Origin: Octopus vulgaris
Taxonomy: Eukaryota
Direction: 5' to 3'
DNA length: 64,000 nt
Assembly (NCBI GenBank): GCA_951406725.2
Contig: OX597817.1
Location: forward strand, 100,130,001 to 100,194,000
Under the pieces are notes generated by a model, which saw nothing but the letters and a program-made list of their open reading frames with translations, searched no databases and had not been told where the DNA came from. The first letter of the stretch is position 1, and every line of letters begins with the position of its first letter. Of this stretch, positions 12,438-29,513 are shown piece by piece. Position numbers and translations under genes: made by a program.

Positions 12438-12468
<31 letters not shown>

Positions 12469-12469
12469 T

Positions 12470-14060
12470 TATAATAAGAGTAGATCGTATACGAGTGGGT
12501 ATATATTTGTAAAAAAGAAGTTTGAAAACGCCACTATATTAGATAAATTTTAATTTTCTTTTGAATTTTACATGTTTTGGTTCTTGAAAAAACGAACCTT
12601 ATCAAAAATATTATAAAAAGTGCAATAGAAAAGTTCATAGTTGTTTCTTACTGGTCTCAATAGAATCCATGTGGTGGTGTTTTGTCGGTAGTTGGTATAA
12701 TCGCTATATTATAGTTGCGTGTAGTAAAGAAGTTCATTATTCTTTCTTGCTGGTATCAAAAGGAACCGTCCTTGTGTTCCAATGGAATGGTGGCAGCAGT
12801 AGTGATTGTTGGTCATAGTAGTAGTAACCGTGGTGGTGGTTGGGGTTGCAGCAGCTTATTGGTTGTGGCGGCTAGCAGTTACTGTTGGTCGTAGCTTTGG
12901 CAACTGTGGTGGTGGTTGGGGTTGTGGCAGTTAAGCTGTGGCCATAGCAGCCGCAGTAGTAGAGGACTGTTGATCGTAGCAGCAATAGTAGTGACCACGG
13001 TGATTGTAGTAGTAGTCATAGTGGAGGCAGTCATAGAGATCGTGGTGGTTGTGGTAGAATTTCATTTTTCCTTTTCGGAAGGCCAATGTTTTGTTTTAAT
13101 ATTCCTGGCCCAGGGTGTTCAAACTAGGTCTAAATTTTTTGATGAAATAAAGTTCTTTATTTTGGCATTGGGTGAAGGTTACGCTGTCACTGGATTTGTA
13201 AAGTGGGTAAGTTGTAAATTTCGGATTTTCACTTGAAGCACATCTATCTATGTGTCCGCTGACTGGTATTTTCCGGTATTCAGGGTTTCTAATTTGGGAT
13301 TTATGCACCGCCATCCTTTTACGTAAGCTATTTTTTGTATGGCTTATATACTGCCTATTGCAATCTGCGCATGTTAAGACGTAAATTAAGTTTTCTGATG
13401 CACAGGTGAAGTTTGTTCTAATGGTGAACTGATGGCCTTGTTCTAGTATAAATTCTGAACCTTCTACCAAGATGACATAGATTCCGCAGTTGGGCTTTCC
13501 ACATTTTCTAACTGTTGGTTTTGTGGTTGACGTTGAGTGCAGTTTAGCTTGGGTTAAAATCCTTTTCAAGGATTTTGGTTGTTACTTTTAGTGATGGTGT
13601 GTGTTTCGAGGTTCTGGTTCATCTTTGGGTCTCCCTTTAGTAGGGCTGTGCTTTGTAGTATGGTGCTGAAGGCCTCATTGTTAAGTGGGTTGTGTGTAGA
13701 GATGTAGGGAAGGGTTTTTAATTTTTCTTTCTTTTTTGGTTTTGTTTGTCTCAGGTCTTCTATACTTAATTTAAGTGCCCGTTGGATTGCACTGTCTATT
13801 AGGGGCTGTAGATAATTTCTATTTATGAGTGTAGTTCTAAGTTCCTGGAGACGTGTGTGTCGGGTGTTTGTGTCTGATATTATGGTGCAAATCCTTCTAG
13901 CTAAACAAAAAGGGACATTTATTCTAGTGTGTCTAGGGTGGCATGAATCAAAGGGTAGGTACTGCTTGGAGTCTGTCGGTTTATAATAGATATCTGTCTC
14001 TATTTTGTTGCCGGCTTTCTTAATGAGGACGTCTAAAGATGGCAATTCTTCTTCGTTATG
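12470..14060 (-). mobile_element. Penelope-like retroelement, 5'-truncated (RT thumb + Cys-rich linker + GIY-YIG; Neptune-like)
   Basis: LPSLDVLI…TDIYYKPTDSKQYLPFDSCHP (PLE RT C-terminus), then after a frameshift CGKPNC…NFTCASENLIYVLTCADCNRQYISHT…R…H…ELYFIKKFRPSLN (GIY-YIG); CA-rich 3' region with degenerate hammerhead. Confidence 0.9.
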
Positions 14061-15417
14061 ATCCAAAGTCCTAATAAGTAGGAAGGTGGACCAATCACAA
14101 ACGACTTCAGGTAGATAGCCCTGCTCGATCTGTAGAAAAGGCGTAGGTAGAAACTCTATAAGATGCACCAAGTGTAAGCTATGGACACATAAGAGGTACA
14201 GCAATGTCAAAGGAAGGCTAACTAGGAAGATAGATTTTGTATGTGGCAGATGCTCTGGTGCAATAAACACTGAAAATGCGCAGAGACCATCTTCCGCCAC
14301 ATTCCAGGAAGAAAAACTAGAAATAGTTGATAGTTTCCGTTACCTAGGTGATCAAGTCAGAAGCGGGGGCGGGTGTGCTGAAAGTGTAACTGCTAGAGTA
14401 AGAATAGCCTGGGCTAAGTTCAGAGAGCTCTTACCTCTGCTGGTGACAAAAGGCCTCTCGCTCAGAGTAAAAGGCAGACTGTATGATGCATGTGTACGAA
14501 CAGTCATGCTACATGGCAGTGAAACATGGGCCGTGACTGCTGAGGATATGCGTAAGCTTGCAAGAAATGAAGCCAGTATGCTCCGATGGATGTGTAATGT
14601 CAGTGTTAATACCTGACAGACTGTAAGTACCTTGAGAGAAAAGTTGGGCCTAAGAAGCATCAGATGTGGTGTGCAAGAGAGACGTCTACGCTGGTATGGA
14701 CATGTGGTAAGAATGGATGAAGATAGTTGTGTGAAAAAGTGCCACACCCTAGCGGTTGAGGGAACCTGTGGAAGAGGCAAACCCAGGAAAACCTGGGACG
14801 AGGTGGTGTAGCACGACCTTTGCTCTTTAGGTCTCACCGAGGAAATGACTAGAGACCGAGACCTTTGGAAGTATGCTGTGCGTGAGAAGACCCGGCAGGA
14901 CAAGTGAGGCCATAACCCATAGCCTCTACCTGGGACGTAGTCAGTCCACCTGTGCATACCTTCCTTATTGGGACACAAAACTCTACTTGTGAAGACCTGT
15001 TGAGGCAAGTGAAAGTCAAAATCGAAATCGATCAACATCAATGGAATTTGTAGTTTTGAAACCAGTGCCGGTGGCATGTAAGAAAACCATCCGAACGTGG
15101 CCGTAGCCAGCTCCGCATCGCCTGGCCTCTGTGCCAGTGGCACGTAACAAACACCATCCGATCGTGGCTGTCGCCAGCCTCCATGCTGGTGACACGTAAA
15201 AAGCACCATCCGAGCGTGGTCGTTCGCCAGACTCGTCTGGTACGTAAAAAGCACCCACTACACTCACGGAGTGGTTGGCGTTAGGAAGGGCATCCAGCTG
15301 TAGAAACACTGCCAGATCTGACTGGGCCTGGTGCAGCCTTCGGGCTTCCCAGACCCCAGTTGAACCGTCCAACCCATGCTAGCATGGAAAGCGGACGTTA
15401 AACGATGATGATGATGA
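14061..15417 (+). mobile_element. RTE-clade LINE, 5'-truncated, with PHD-like finger, ORF C-terminus and full 3' UTR
   Basis: FRYLGD…ARVRIAWAKFRELLPLL…YDACVRTVMLHGSETW…RLRWYGHVVRM…GRGKPRKTW; ORF stop 14905-14907, three internal stops; ends in (GAT)n tail. Confidence 0.93.
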
Positions 15418-16424
15418 TATACTGAAATATACATAGACATCTACATCCATAAGTACATATAATATTCAGTTATTACTAATATTATTACTATTAATATTAG
15501 ATTAGGTGTATTCTGCTCTTCACAATAGATAGTATATGAAAAATAAAATATAGAATATAATATAATATATGAACAGATGTTTATGAGAGATATAAGTATA
15601 TTAAGTTTACAATCAATATCAGTATATCAATATATCAGTTATTATAGTTATGTCAATATTTTTCTGCATACATATTGGTAACAAACATATGCATACATAC
15701 ATATACACACAAATATACATATATACATAAATTATTTTCCATTTCAACATACCAATATATACATACGTATCATATATTTTTAAATGTAAGATAATTCGCA
15801 GACTAAGAAAGAAACGTTGTAAGCTTTCTACTCTGTTATTTATTCATCTTTTAGTAGTTTAAATCTTACAGGGAATGGGGAGGGATTATTTTTAATCATT
15901 TACTTAATCTAATTGGTTAACAATTTTTTGAATATCTTTGTCTCAGTTACGGTTGGTTGATTGAAAACCGATGAAGTAAAACAATTTGTAAATAGAACAT
16001 AAATAGTTGAAAATGTGAATTCATGTTTTTATATATACATATATATATACATCTACATATACATATATACATCTATATATACATACGTAGATACACACAT
16101 ATACATACACGGACTAACATACACACACACACAGACATTAATTAATTAATTGTTAAAGTGATATATTAAGGGGATATTATTTAATATATTTTAATATAGT
16201 ACATATTAGAAGTTAAAAAAAGCCATAATAATAATAATGATAACAACAATAACAATAAGAGAAGTAAAATAATATTTTATGTATAACTATGTGAGTTATG
16301 CTATATATATGTATATTCTTCTAATTATCAGTTTAATAAATAAATAAGTTAACATTTTTAATGTCCTAAAGTTGATAAACCAACTATTGTTCTCCATTTT
16401 CTTATTTGCTATATATATCTGTGT

Positions 16425-17097
<673 letters not shown>

Positions 17098-17197
17098 NNN
17101 NNNNNNNNNNNNNNNNNNNNNNNNNNNNNNNNNNNNNNNNNNNNNNNNNNNNNNNNNNNNNNNNNNNNNNNNNNNNNNNNNNNNNNNNNNNNNNNNN
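17098..17197. other. Assembly gap (100 N)
   Basis: Run of exactly 100 N, typical of a scaffold join of unknown size. Confidence 1.
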
Positions 17198-18204
17198 AAC
17201 TTATGCCAGCATGGACAACGGATGTTAAATGATGTTGTAAATGGTTTTAAATCTGAAATCAGTTATCTATAAAATTTCTTAAGATTCAACCATTGAAACA
17301 AGAATAGAGAGTGTTCAATATATTAATGGAGAAAGTCTGGCATCACAGACTTCAGTGGTTTGGCCAGGTCTGCAAGATAAGTACCAGAAGACAATCACAC
17401 CAACTTTTGTGGTGGCACTGACTCACACACTGGAGAATCCAGTGCAGTGTACCAAAGACCTGGGTAATACAAATTGGAGAAGACCTGAGGTTGTAGTATC
17501 TTGACCTCGAGCATGCTAAAGCTAGCACTATGGATTGAAAAGCATCACTAGAGTTCATCATCCAGTAGCATACTGGTTGAGAGGACAGCCTCCCCTTCCA
17601 GTTGTGAGCTAGGGAATAAAGAATGACGAAAGGACTGTAGACTTAATCTAGTTTAACTCTCTTGATACCAACCAGACCAAGATCATCCTTAGTTCTTCAA
17701 ATTAAAACTATGAAAACCAAAAATGTCTTGTAAATTTGTTCCCAACCAGCTTAATAAAAGTTGTTTAATGAAAGTCATTATTTTCAAAATTAATTTAAAC
17801 AGGGCAGTGGGTTTCATCAGAATTATGATGAACAAAAGGGTTAAATAATCTCACTAAATTAAATATCCAAATAGTCTAATGTAATAATTTTCTTTTGTGT
17901 AGACATGATCTGTGATAGTAAAGGATTAAAAAAAAAACTTTAGTAATTTTTAAAACTATTTTCTTTGCCATACATATCCTCTTCCTTCTAATCCAGTTTC
18001 CCAAATTTATGGAGTTGCATAGAATTCAACCTCTTGAAAACTCACTTATCACAGAGTGTTATGTACAAAATCTTCGAACTTCACAAGCCATTACAATTTT
18101 AAAACTCATTTTCAGCATCCTATAACATTTGTAATAATTCAAAGCAAGAGTGTTGTATGTTATAATCTTTTAAAGTTCCAATCGAATATATATATATGTA
18201 TGTA

Positions 18205-18550
18205 CAGGAGTGACTGCTTACCAACCACATTGTTCTGGATTCAGTAAGTCACTGCGTGGCACCTTGAGGAAGTGTCTTCTACTATAGCCTCATGCCAACC
18301 AAAGCCTTGTGAGTGGATTTGGTAGATGGAAATTGAAAGAAGCTCGTCAGATATGTGTGTGTATGTTTGTCCACTTCCACATTGCTTGACAAGTGATGTT
18401 GGTGCGTTTACATCCCTGTAACTTACCAGTTCGGCAAAAGAGACTAATAGAATAAGTACTAGGCTTACAAATAATAAGTCCTGGGGTCGATTTGTTCGAC
18501 TAAAGGAGGTGATCCAGCATGGCTGCAGTCTAAATGACTGAAACAAGAAC
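18205..18550 (+). mobile_element. tRNA-derived SINE (mirror of 47008-47355)
   Basis: GCTTACCAACCACA…GCACCTTG…CTACTATAGCC…ATGACTGAAACAAG. Confidence 0.8.
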
Positions 18551-20107
18551 ATATATATCATCATCGTTTAACATCTGCTTTTCATGCTGGTATGGTTTGA
18601 CTGAGGACTGGCAACTTTTCTACAGCTAGATGCCCTTCCTAACGCCAACCACTGAGAGCGTAGTGGTACTTTTGTTATTTTAAAATCAAAATTGGAATTA
18701 CAAAGTTATCTTGGTCTAGATACACAAAAGCATTCTGCAATTGTATTGTAAAATATTCTTTTGTGGTCAAGTGATTTAGTTACTGTAGTACTATATTTTA
18801 GTTAAGACAGTATACCTAAATTCTTTGTAATCTTCTATGCTCATAATTGTTCTGAAAAACTATCCTGTGTTCTCCAATAACTGAGATCAGATTTCACAAC
18901 CCCAAAACAATGTTCTATAAGTCAATCCTGTAAGATTATGAAAATTACAGGGACTATTAAAAATGAAAAATATTAGTTCAAGGTAAGGTAACACTAAACA
19001 TTTTCATCTCTTTAACCAAGATGATGCTACAAATAGCTCTCCTCCAAATATAAAGTCACCACATTTATTGGCCTAATCAACCCAGCAGATGCATAATGGT
19101 GAGGCAAATAGAATGATGAAAAGTTTGAGAGTTTAAGAAAAAACACGAGAACTAGTACATCAGAGTTATGTTGCTGAATAGCTTTTGTTTTTACACTTTA
19201 CAAACGGGGATGGCGGGGAGACTGAATTTGAATTTGCGCAGGAAGACTATGAAATAAAGGTACGTCGAAATAGAGGGAATGTAGACCACAAAATAACTCG
19301 ATATGAGTGATTTTCACGAAATGTATTATACAGAAAATAAAGTAAAAAAAAGCAAATAAATACATTTACAATTATCAAAAAAAAAACAAACATTTACTTA
19401 AAAATATCAATATCTTAAATGACCTTTCCTCAGAAATTATTTCACCTTTGCAGGAGCCGTCCCAAGAATGAATAATGTAATTTATCATTAGGAAAAGGGA
19501 TTCGATGATTCACTTTATGCACTCAGAATTAATTACTCTGGTAAACAGATTAGTAGCTGCACATTATTTCATTATCAGCTATATTATTTGTTAATATATT
19601 TTAAATATGGGAATATACCAATGCTCAGATGCTTCGCTAAAATACAATCACAATATTATAAGCTTAAAAATGCAGTCGGGGAAAAAACACCTCAATACTC
19701 ACACTTCTTAATTTTGAGCAGAGAAAATAAGCAAAATCACACACAGAAATGGCATTTGAACAATTTTTAAAAAATGATTATTTTTCGCAAAAAGTAGTTT
19801 TAAAACATAAAATGCGTCATTTTTAGTAAAAATAAGAAAAAAGACATGGCGGCACAACAAAAGAAAAAAAAAGGACGACGGCTGTTCTACATTTTTGTGT
19901 TGTTGTTGTTAGTCCCAGTAAATGAGTTATGTGCGAAGTGTTATTAGTATGGACCAGGACTTTGCTGTTATCAGAGAGAAATAAGCAAGTTGGCCGGTCG
20001 ACAGGATTTAGGTAGAGGTAAAGTGTGGAATGAGTGTCAGTTACCCATCATGCAATACACACTCGTGTCACTTCCGGATCATTGTTCTGTAAAGGGAAAC
20101 CCTCATC

Positions 20108-20211
20108 ATGGCGGCTGATGGTGAACCTGTGTATTGTTTATGTCGCCTGCCTTATGATGATACGCGGTTTATGATCGAATGTGACGTCTGCAATGACTGG
20201 TTTCATGGAAA
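20108..20211 (+). CDS. PHF8: PHD-finger exon 1 of a PHF8/PHF2/KDM7-family histone demethylase (mirror copy, probably artefactual)
   Basis: [34 protein letters not shown] then AA|GTAAGT donor; identical coding sequence to 45338-45441. Confidence 0.6.
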
Positions 20212-20917
20212 GTAAGTGTACATCTGTTAACCTTTTTGCCGTGTTCGTTTACATAATTAAAACTTGCATGCATCTAAACATAGACCCGTCCTTTTAAACA
20301 GGCCGCACTGTTTTTCTCTTTTCCATCAACAATTCTATATACACCCAGTTTTTTTTACTAGTTTTCTGACATCTTCGATTTTGCAATGCCTCTTTATTCT
20401 ATTATTTAATATGTAATTATTTGTTTTCTGTATATTGTTAAATAAACTTTAACCACTTTGATGAAATGTATTTCTATCTAACATAAGTGGCTCTTGTGTT
20501 TTGTTTGTATATGTGATGCCCCCGTCACATTCTTTAGCTGAACCTAGTTACGTTTTATTGACATCAATACATTTCAAAATCTTTAATGTTTGATTAGCAA
20601 ATTTTAATTATTATGTTTAAATTTCATTATAATTCTACTCTTCCGACAATCACATATTTATTTCTGCGATGTGCTTGTGTACTGTCGACAAAATATGTTG
20701 GTATAATAATTAGTGGATACGAGAATAGCAGATCGTCTTCCTTCTCTTCCAGAAATAGTGCTATATTTACATACTCGTTGAATTATGTCGTCTCATTTTC
20801 TGTTTCATCTTATTTTCATACAAATTAATATTGAAAAAAATAGATTTAGTCTATTTTCATATTTGTTTTGTGGCTGTTAGATATACATTATCATCAATAT
20901 TACTACTACCGTTGTCA

Positions 20918-20957
<40 letters not shown>

Positions 20958-21358
20958 AAAACCACCATTATAAGCATCCCTATCATTCAGCAATTGTAAA
21001 CAACCATTCACGCTCCTTTAACGATCTGAATTTTTATTATTTTTCTAAATGTAGTGAATCTTGTTACTTTATTTCTCCCCTTTACTACTATTGCCAGCCA
21101 TTCTAATAATTATATCGTTTTAAGCTCTCACATTGATATTTCTCACAGACAGTTCTTGGCTGCAGTGAAATCTGTGAAGCTGTTTCACTTTTCACGATCG
21201 CCAGATGCAGGGGATTAGTATCAGTTGCTAAATCTAAAAACATGTTTTCTGTGCTGGCGCATCTACACTTCTATGTAATAGTTTTCAAAAGCGTTTGTCT
21301 TTGATAGTTTTTTTGTGTTTGTATTATCATATCTCTGTCTGTCTGTCTGTCTCTCTCT

Positions 21359-21396
<38 letters not shown>

Positions 21397-23939
21397 TACA
21401 CACACACATGCAGGCAAGTATATTTAATTATTGAATATTACTATGAAAAGAAAAAGAAAAACAAAGAATTTTCACACTGAGATAGCAGTCTTGAAATTAT
21501 ATTTAAAGTTGATTTATTTATTTGCATATTAGCTGGCTGCAATTATCACGTGAGTTGTTTCCTCTATCTCCCAGTAACATGTAAATATTTCCTTTGTATT
21601 TAAATGAAAACATAGTGTTCATTTAATCCCTGTACTAAGAACTTCATTAAATCAATCGATTGCCAGTATAAATTTTGTAATGGAAATCATTCATCATTCA
21701 ACACAAAATATTAAATGCTCTCTGTTTGTCTCTCCCTTTACACACACAATGAGTATTTAACATAGTGAGTTGAACTTATGTTGTCATTTGTGTATGCTAG
21801 AGCACAATAAGGCCCAGCATAGGCATATTATACATATTGTGATTGATATTATATATGTAAAATAAAAACGAGGATAGAAGAAACATTAGACCAGTGACAT
21901 GTATCAAACTTACAATTGTATATGAGATCATTAAGTCCTTATTAATAAAATAGTGTACTGGCAGAAATAAATATATGTATAAAAAAAACAACAAATATCA
22001 CAGTATCTATTCTTATATAAATGATTTTACTCTATGTCAAAACTTATAATATACCTTATAGAATGTATGGAATATATAATTTATTATATAATTTTAAATA
22101 TAATGTATTATTTATATTACTTTGTTTTATTGTTATATACTTGACAACACTTTGCATGTCATGTTTTTACCATATTTTCCACTTTTTTATTTTATATCTT
22201 TCACAACACTGTGTTTATTGTCTATGTGTCAAAAAATCTATTGTGATTTCTGTATAAAGCAGCAAAAAATTAATATACATTTTTGAATTTCTACTAAATA
22301 TTATACACTTGTGCTGTCTTCACATATAAAATATGTCTGTAAATCTTTGTTAAGAATAAAATAATATACATATTATAAATCCTTCATCTCATGTTGTATG
22401 TATAATTTTATACAAAATATATATTGTTGTGGGCGATATCTAATATTTGGCATTTCGTCTCCACAATGCCTTAATCATTTTACTATAGCCCAAGGTATGC
22501 ATACATTTATGTGCAGACACACGAAAAACTTCTGTGTATCTGTGTTTGTATATACTGTTACTGTTTATGTTACATCTCTATTAGCATTTGCAAAAGAGTT
22601 GAAATAAGTACCACTACAAAAAGTTTTAATTCTTTGGATCTTTAATGTTGTCGTTTATTCCTACAAAAACATAAGATGAAAGATATATGTATACATACTG
22701 TCCTGTGGAGTGGCAGATTACATATCCTTTTCACATATCTTTCATATTTTTGTCAATGTCTTATATATATTTTAGTTAATGAACATGAGAATTAATATAT
22801 CATATATTTATGTGTGTTTGTTTTTGTGAATCATTTCCAGAAAGAATGTTTAATGTTCTCATATGATCAACTTAGACTTATTGTAAAGGTAATCAGAATT
22901 CAAAGAGCTTCAATATGAACTCACAACATAATATTTTTGGTTTGCTCAAATATAACATGAGTGTTAACAGTAAATATAGAAACACAAAACGGATTACACA
23001 TATAAATTGTGAGTGTGTATATATAAACATGTGTGTGCTTGTGTATGTATATGTATTCGTTAAATGTATGCAATATTTATGCTCACAAACACACACAAAA
23101 TACATATGGGAACTTAATATCTGTATATACCATAAATTATTGTCTATCAGTCTTGCCAAACTGCCTGATGTGTCGTACCACCAGAGGTTTCAAATGTAGC
23201 GCCTAACATATACACACACTTAATACCAGAAACATATATGTAGCAGTTCTTTATTCAGACAACCATCACAAACTTCGGAATGCTATAAAAAATGTCGATG
23301 TCAAATTCAATCAAATTTTTTAGCAATCACACCAACTGCACAAAAAATATTAAATATAATATAAATATGTTAGGAAATTTAATAAATACATTATATTATT
23401 TTTTGTTTATATATGTTTATATTGTATATTACTTTGTTTGTAATTATGTTATTAAATGTATGCTTTTTTGAAAAATTTTAAATTTAAAAAATTTTAAAAT
23501 TTTAAAAAATTTTTAAAATTTTCTTAAAAAAAAAATTTTTTTTTTATATTAAATTATAAATGAAAAAATTAATAGCATATTTTTGTAAAAAATGGACATA
23601 TAAAATCTGTAAAGAGATATATAAAGGTAAATTTTTTTAAAATGTTTAAAGAAAATTTATAGAAATATATATGTATAAAATATTATATACAAAATATAAT
23701 ATGAAAATTAAATGAAATATGTAATTTTTGATAAATGTTTTGAAAAAAGAATATATATTGTATATATATAAATATACAGAAAATTTTTTTCTTTTTTTTT
23801 TATGTAATTTTAAATATTGAAAAATTTTAAAATTTATTTTGATATTTTTGAAACAATATATAAACATGTGTGTGTGTTTTGTTTATATATATATATGTAT
23901 ATATATATATTGTGTATATATATATATATATTATATATA

Positions 23940-24902
23940 TCTCTTATTATAAAAGGCAGATTTTATCTGCCTCTCCTTTGGGAGTTATACAAATCTACAA
24001 TATAGGATTTCTTCAATTACAATTTACCTGGCATTTTTAAAGTACAATGCATCGCGTCATGCCAGGTCCAGTTTTTAAAATTTAAACTCCAATTAAGCAA
24101 AATTTACAGAAAACTCACATTCTGGTGTGTGTCTTTTTCTTAGTCTGGTTCACCACACGCAAACGCACACACACACAAAGGGAGCGAATTGTTTCACTGA
24201 CGCTATCACCCTTCTCCTCCTTTGTCTTTGCAAGTTGGCAAAACAATAAACAGAAGGACAGCGATAAGAAAACGAATTGGTACCTGAATGGAGTGAAAAT
24301 TTAAAACTGTTTCTTTTGGTGATTTTCTGAAGAAACTGACCCAGCCAAGACTTTCCTTTGAGTAAACCTTCTATTTATTTACTTTTTCGAATGAGCCTAT
24401 TTAGAATCATTACGCTAAACGTAAACAAACCAAAGAAAGGATAGTTTGTTATTTACAACCTTAAATGAAATTAAGGCCTATTTTGCCATAAATATTATTA
24501 TGGGTATCAGAAAGTTACCCAGAATAACAAATTCTATCGTAAAATTTTGTTGTATACCCAATTGAATATTAGCTAATAACCCATTTTCTATAGCGATGTT
24601 TGAACAAAATTTTAATAATTTTACAGAAAGTTACCCAGAATAACAAACGAGCCCTTCTGGGTATTAGCGCGCGTCTACGATGAGTCTACGATTTAAAAAC
24701 AATTACCATCATATTTTTCCATTTTAATGCATTTTTTTCGCTTTTATATAAGGGAAGTAACTCTCTAAAATATCTACGATGTGTCAACGATTTAAAGAAA
24801 AATTTACCTTAATTTTTTTCAATTTTTAATGCATTTTTTTGCTACTTTATGGCTATAACTCATATAAAAATGCTTATATAGTTATTTCCTTACAACCCGA
24901 GC
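23940..24902 (+). mobile_element. Non-autonomous Helitron (mirror of 39639-40675, lacking the last ~22 bp)
   Basis: 5' TCTCTTATTATAAAAGGCAG; stops at ACAACCCGAGC inside the 3' hairpin. Confidence 0.75.
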
Positions 24903-27210
<2,308 letters not shown>

Positions 27211-27950
27211 AATCTGCCTTAAAAATGTTTTGGCCCGAAGGCTGGCGGCCATGCTGGGGCACCACCGCTGAATGAGCTACACTAGTTTGTGAATCCACCT
27301 CTGATACGTGGCACTTGATCAACAAGGGAGTTCGATGCTGCTGCCCGCATCCGCGTCTCCTGTCGTGAGGTAGGTTCATCTGGGACTCCCAACAAGAAGA
27401 GATCCAGTTTAGTTTTAAAGCAAACCCACATCCACACCATGTAAGTCTCTCAGGCATTTAGGGAGGATGTTAAAGAGCTGTGGTCCTCTGAAACCTAAGC
27501 TGTTGCCCAGTATCTGGACCTGTATTTTGATGGTGATGTTGGAATCCTTGGCACACATGGCAGCGGCGCCCCGTTCTGCGGTTGGAGTAACTTTGAATGC
27601 CAAAGTTTGGGACAAGACCCTCCAGGATTTTCCAGATGTATATCACTGCATATCTCTCCCGCCTCCGCTCTAGGGAGAAGAGGTTTAATACCTTCAGTCT
27701 TTCCCAGTAGCTGATATTTTGCATTGAGACGATTTTCTTTGTGTAGCTTCTCTGAATTGCTTCGAGTTCTGCTGTTTGTTTTATATTATGTGGTGACCAA
27801 AGTTGTGGAGCAATAGTCCAAGCGGCTGAGGACAGAATGTTTTCCATAGGACCATCAGTCTCCTTCTCTCTTCTGAAAGTTCTTGTTCTGAAATTAGCAA
27901 TTCGGAGACCTCCATCCAGCTAGCCGTCTGTTTTATTTTATCACCAGATT
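27211..27950 (-). mobile_element. CR1-like LINE 3' end (mirror of ~36350-37062)
   Basis: QLWSPHNIKQTAELEAIQRSYTKK…LFSLERRRERY; reverse complement of the right-arm copy with many indels. Confidence 0.85.
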
Positions 27951-29364
27951 AGCTGGTACATTGTATATGCATTTGAAACCCAGCTTTGCTGCAGCTTCTC
28001 TGAGTAGCTTTCTATATTTGTTTTATATCTGTCATATATGGTATAGCAAGGTGGGAGCAGCGTATATAAGGCATGTGGACATTATGGTTCATCAGGACCC
28101 CAAGACAGTGCCCTGTTCCCGTTTGCCATGTGCTCTGGAGGTGGCTCCAGTTGCCCACACCGTAGTTCGGAACGGCTGATCCATCCAGCTAGCCGTGTTT
28201 TCCATAGGACAGCCACTGCCTCTGCCTAATATGCATTCTGGAAGTGACAATCATCATCCATGAAAATGACTTTATCAAAGGCTAGCCGTCTGCATTTTAG
28301 CTGAGATATTAGCAATGATCTTGCTCCTGCAATGGAATGGATGGGCTGTCATGGAGTTAGGCAGCCTCCAGCTGGTGCAGGAAACAGGTCACAGCGGAGG
28401 GCCTGATTCTTCACAGGGACCTCACACATTTCTTATATGGATCTTCCTGTTCCATCCTCAGCCCACCTGTATACTGTGTAGCTCCAGATATCTATATATA
28501 TCTACCTTATGTGTTAGGCATCACTTGCGTGGGATATCTTGACTGGGAGCTCATATGCATAGCTGGAGCAAGGGTGGTCACTGCATGTAGCAACTGAAGT
28601 GTAGCGGTTTCTGAGCAAGGGAATTCTTCATCGTTCTGTATGATTTGAAGTGACTCAGCCCACCTGGAAATCTATTGGTTTTAACCATGTCCACAAGTGA
28701 GGTTTCCTGAGGTGTGGCAACAAAAAGAAAGTAAATCACTCGTGTACAAGTTTTGTGTTACCGTAGATACGTTGTGCATCTTTTGTGTCATCAAAAATGC
28801 ATCTGCAGATGGCTGCATTTTCGTCTAGCCGACTGATGTAGATTTTCCCAGTTTCCAAGGTGGGTATGTCTTGTAAGATTAAGGGCCGAGCTGAAGAAAG
28901 ATTTCGAAGATTCATGGAGATCCGATGAAAGGTTTTAAACTTACCAGCCATTTGGTGCAGCTGTCTACATATAGCTCATACCCATGTGTGTGTCTCATTG
29001 CTAATCAAGTGTGTGCAGGAGCTGTGTCTAGTGTCATGCAAAATTTCTGAAAATCCGTGTCGACAATCCATGTTCTGTGTCCTCATTCTTGAGGAACAGA
29101 TCTGTTATTGAAATTGGGACGATATCGCAGTTTGTATTCTTGGAGATCCGATCGTAAAAATGGACTTGAATGTGTTGTGTGTTTCCAATAGTTCATATCC
29201 AGTTTGTGAAGATTTATGGTACAGTCATGCGAAAATAGCAGGGAATCGAATAGAAGCAAAGCCACTGTCCCTGGCTACTGTGAGAGTGCAGAGTTGTTCC
29301 ACCGGACTCTTCTCAGTGTGTGTTGTGTACATATACCACTTGCAAGAGAGGGTGCTGTATACTG

Positions 29365-29395
<31 letters not shown>

Positions 29396-29477
29396 TATAT
29401 ATATATATATATAGCGTATATATATATATATATATGGATAATATATATGTGGAATCCATCAGGTCCACAGTGAAGCA

Positions 29478-29513
<36 letters not shown>

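Noticed and set aside
13566-14300. 244-aa ORF with hydrophobic N-terminus fused to a Penelope RT
   Set aside because: The first ~80 aa are antisense RTE sequence read across the 14060 junction, not a real domain.
14352-15254. 300-aa minus-strand ORF
   Set aside because: Antisense shadow of the + strand RTE ORF and its UTR.
20108-20211. A second, genuine PHF8-like paralogue
   Set aside because: Identical to 45338-45441 and inside the probable fold-back arm; treated as an assembly duplicate until reads show otherwise.
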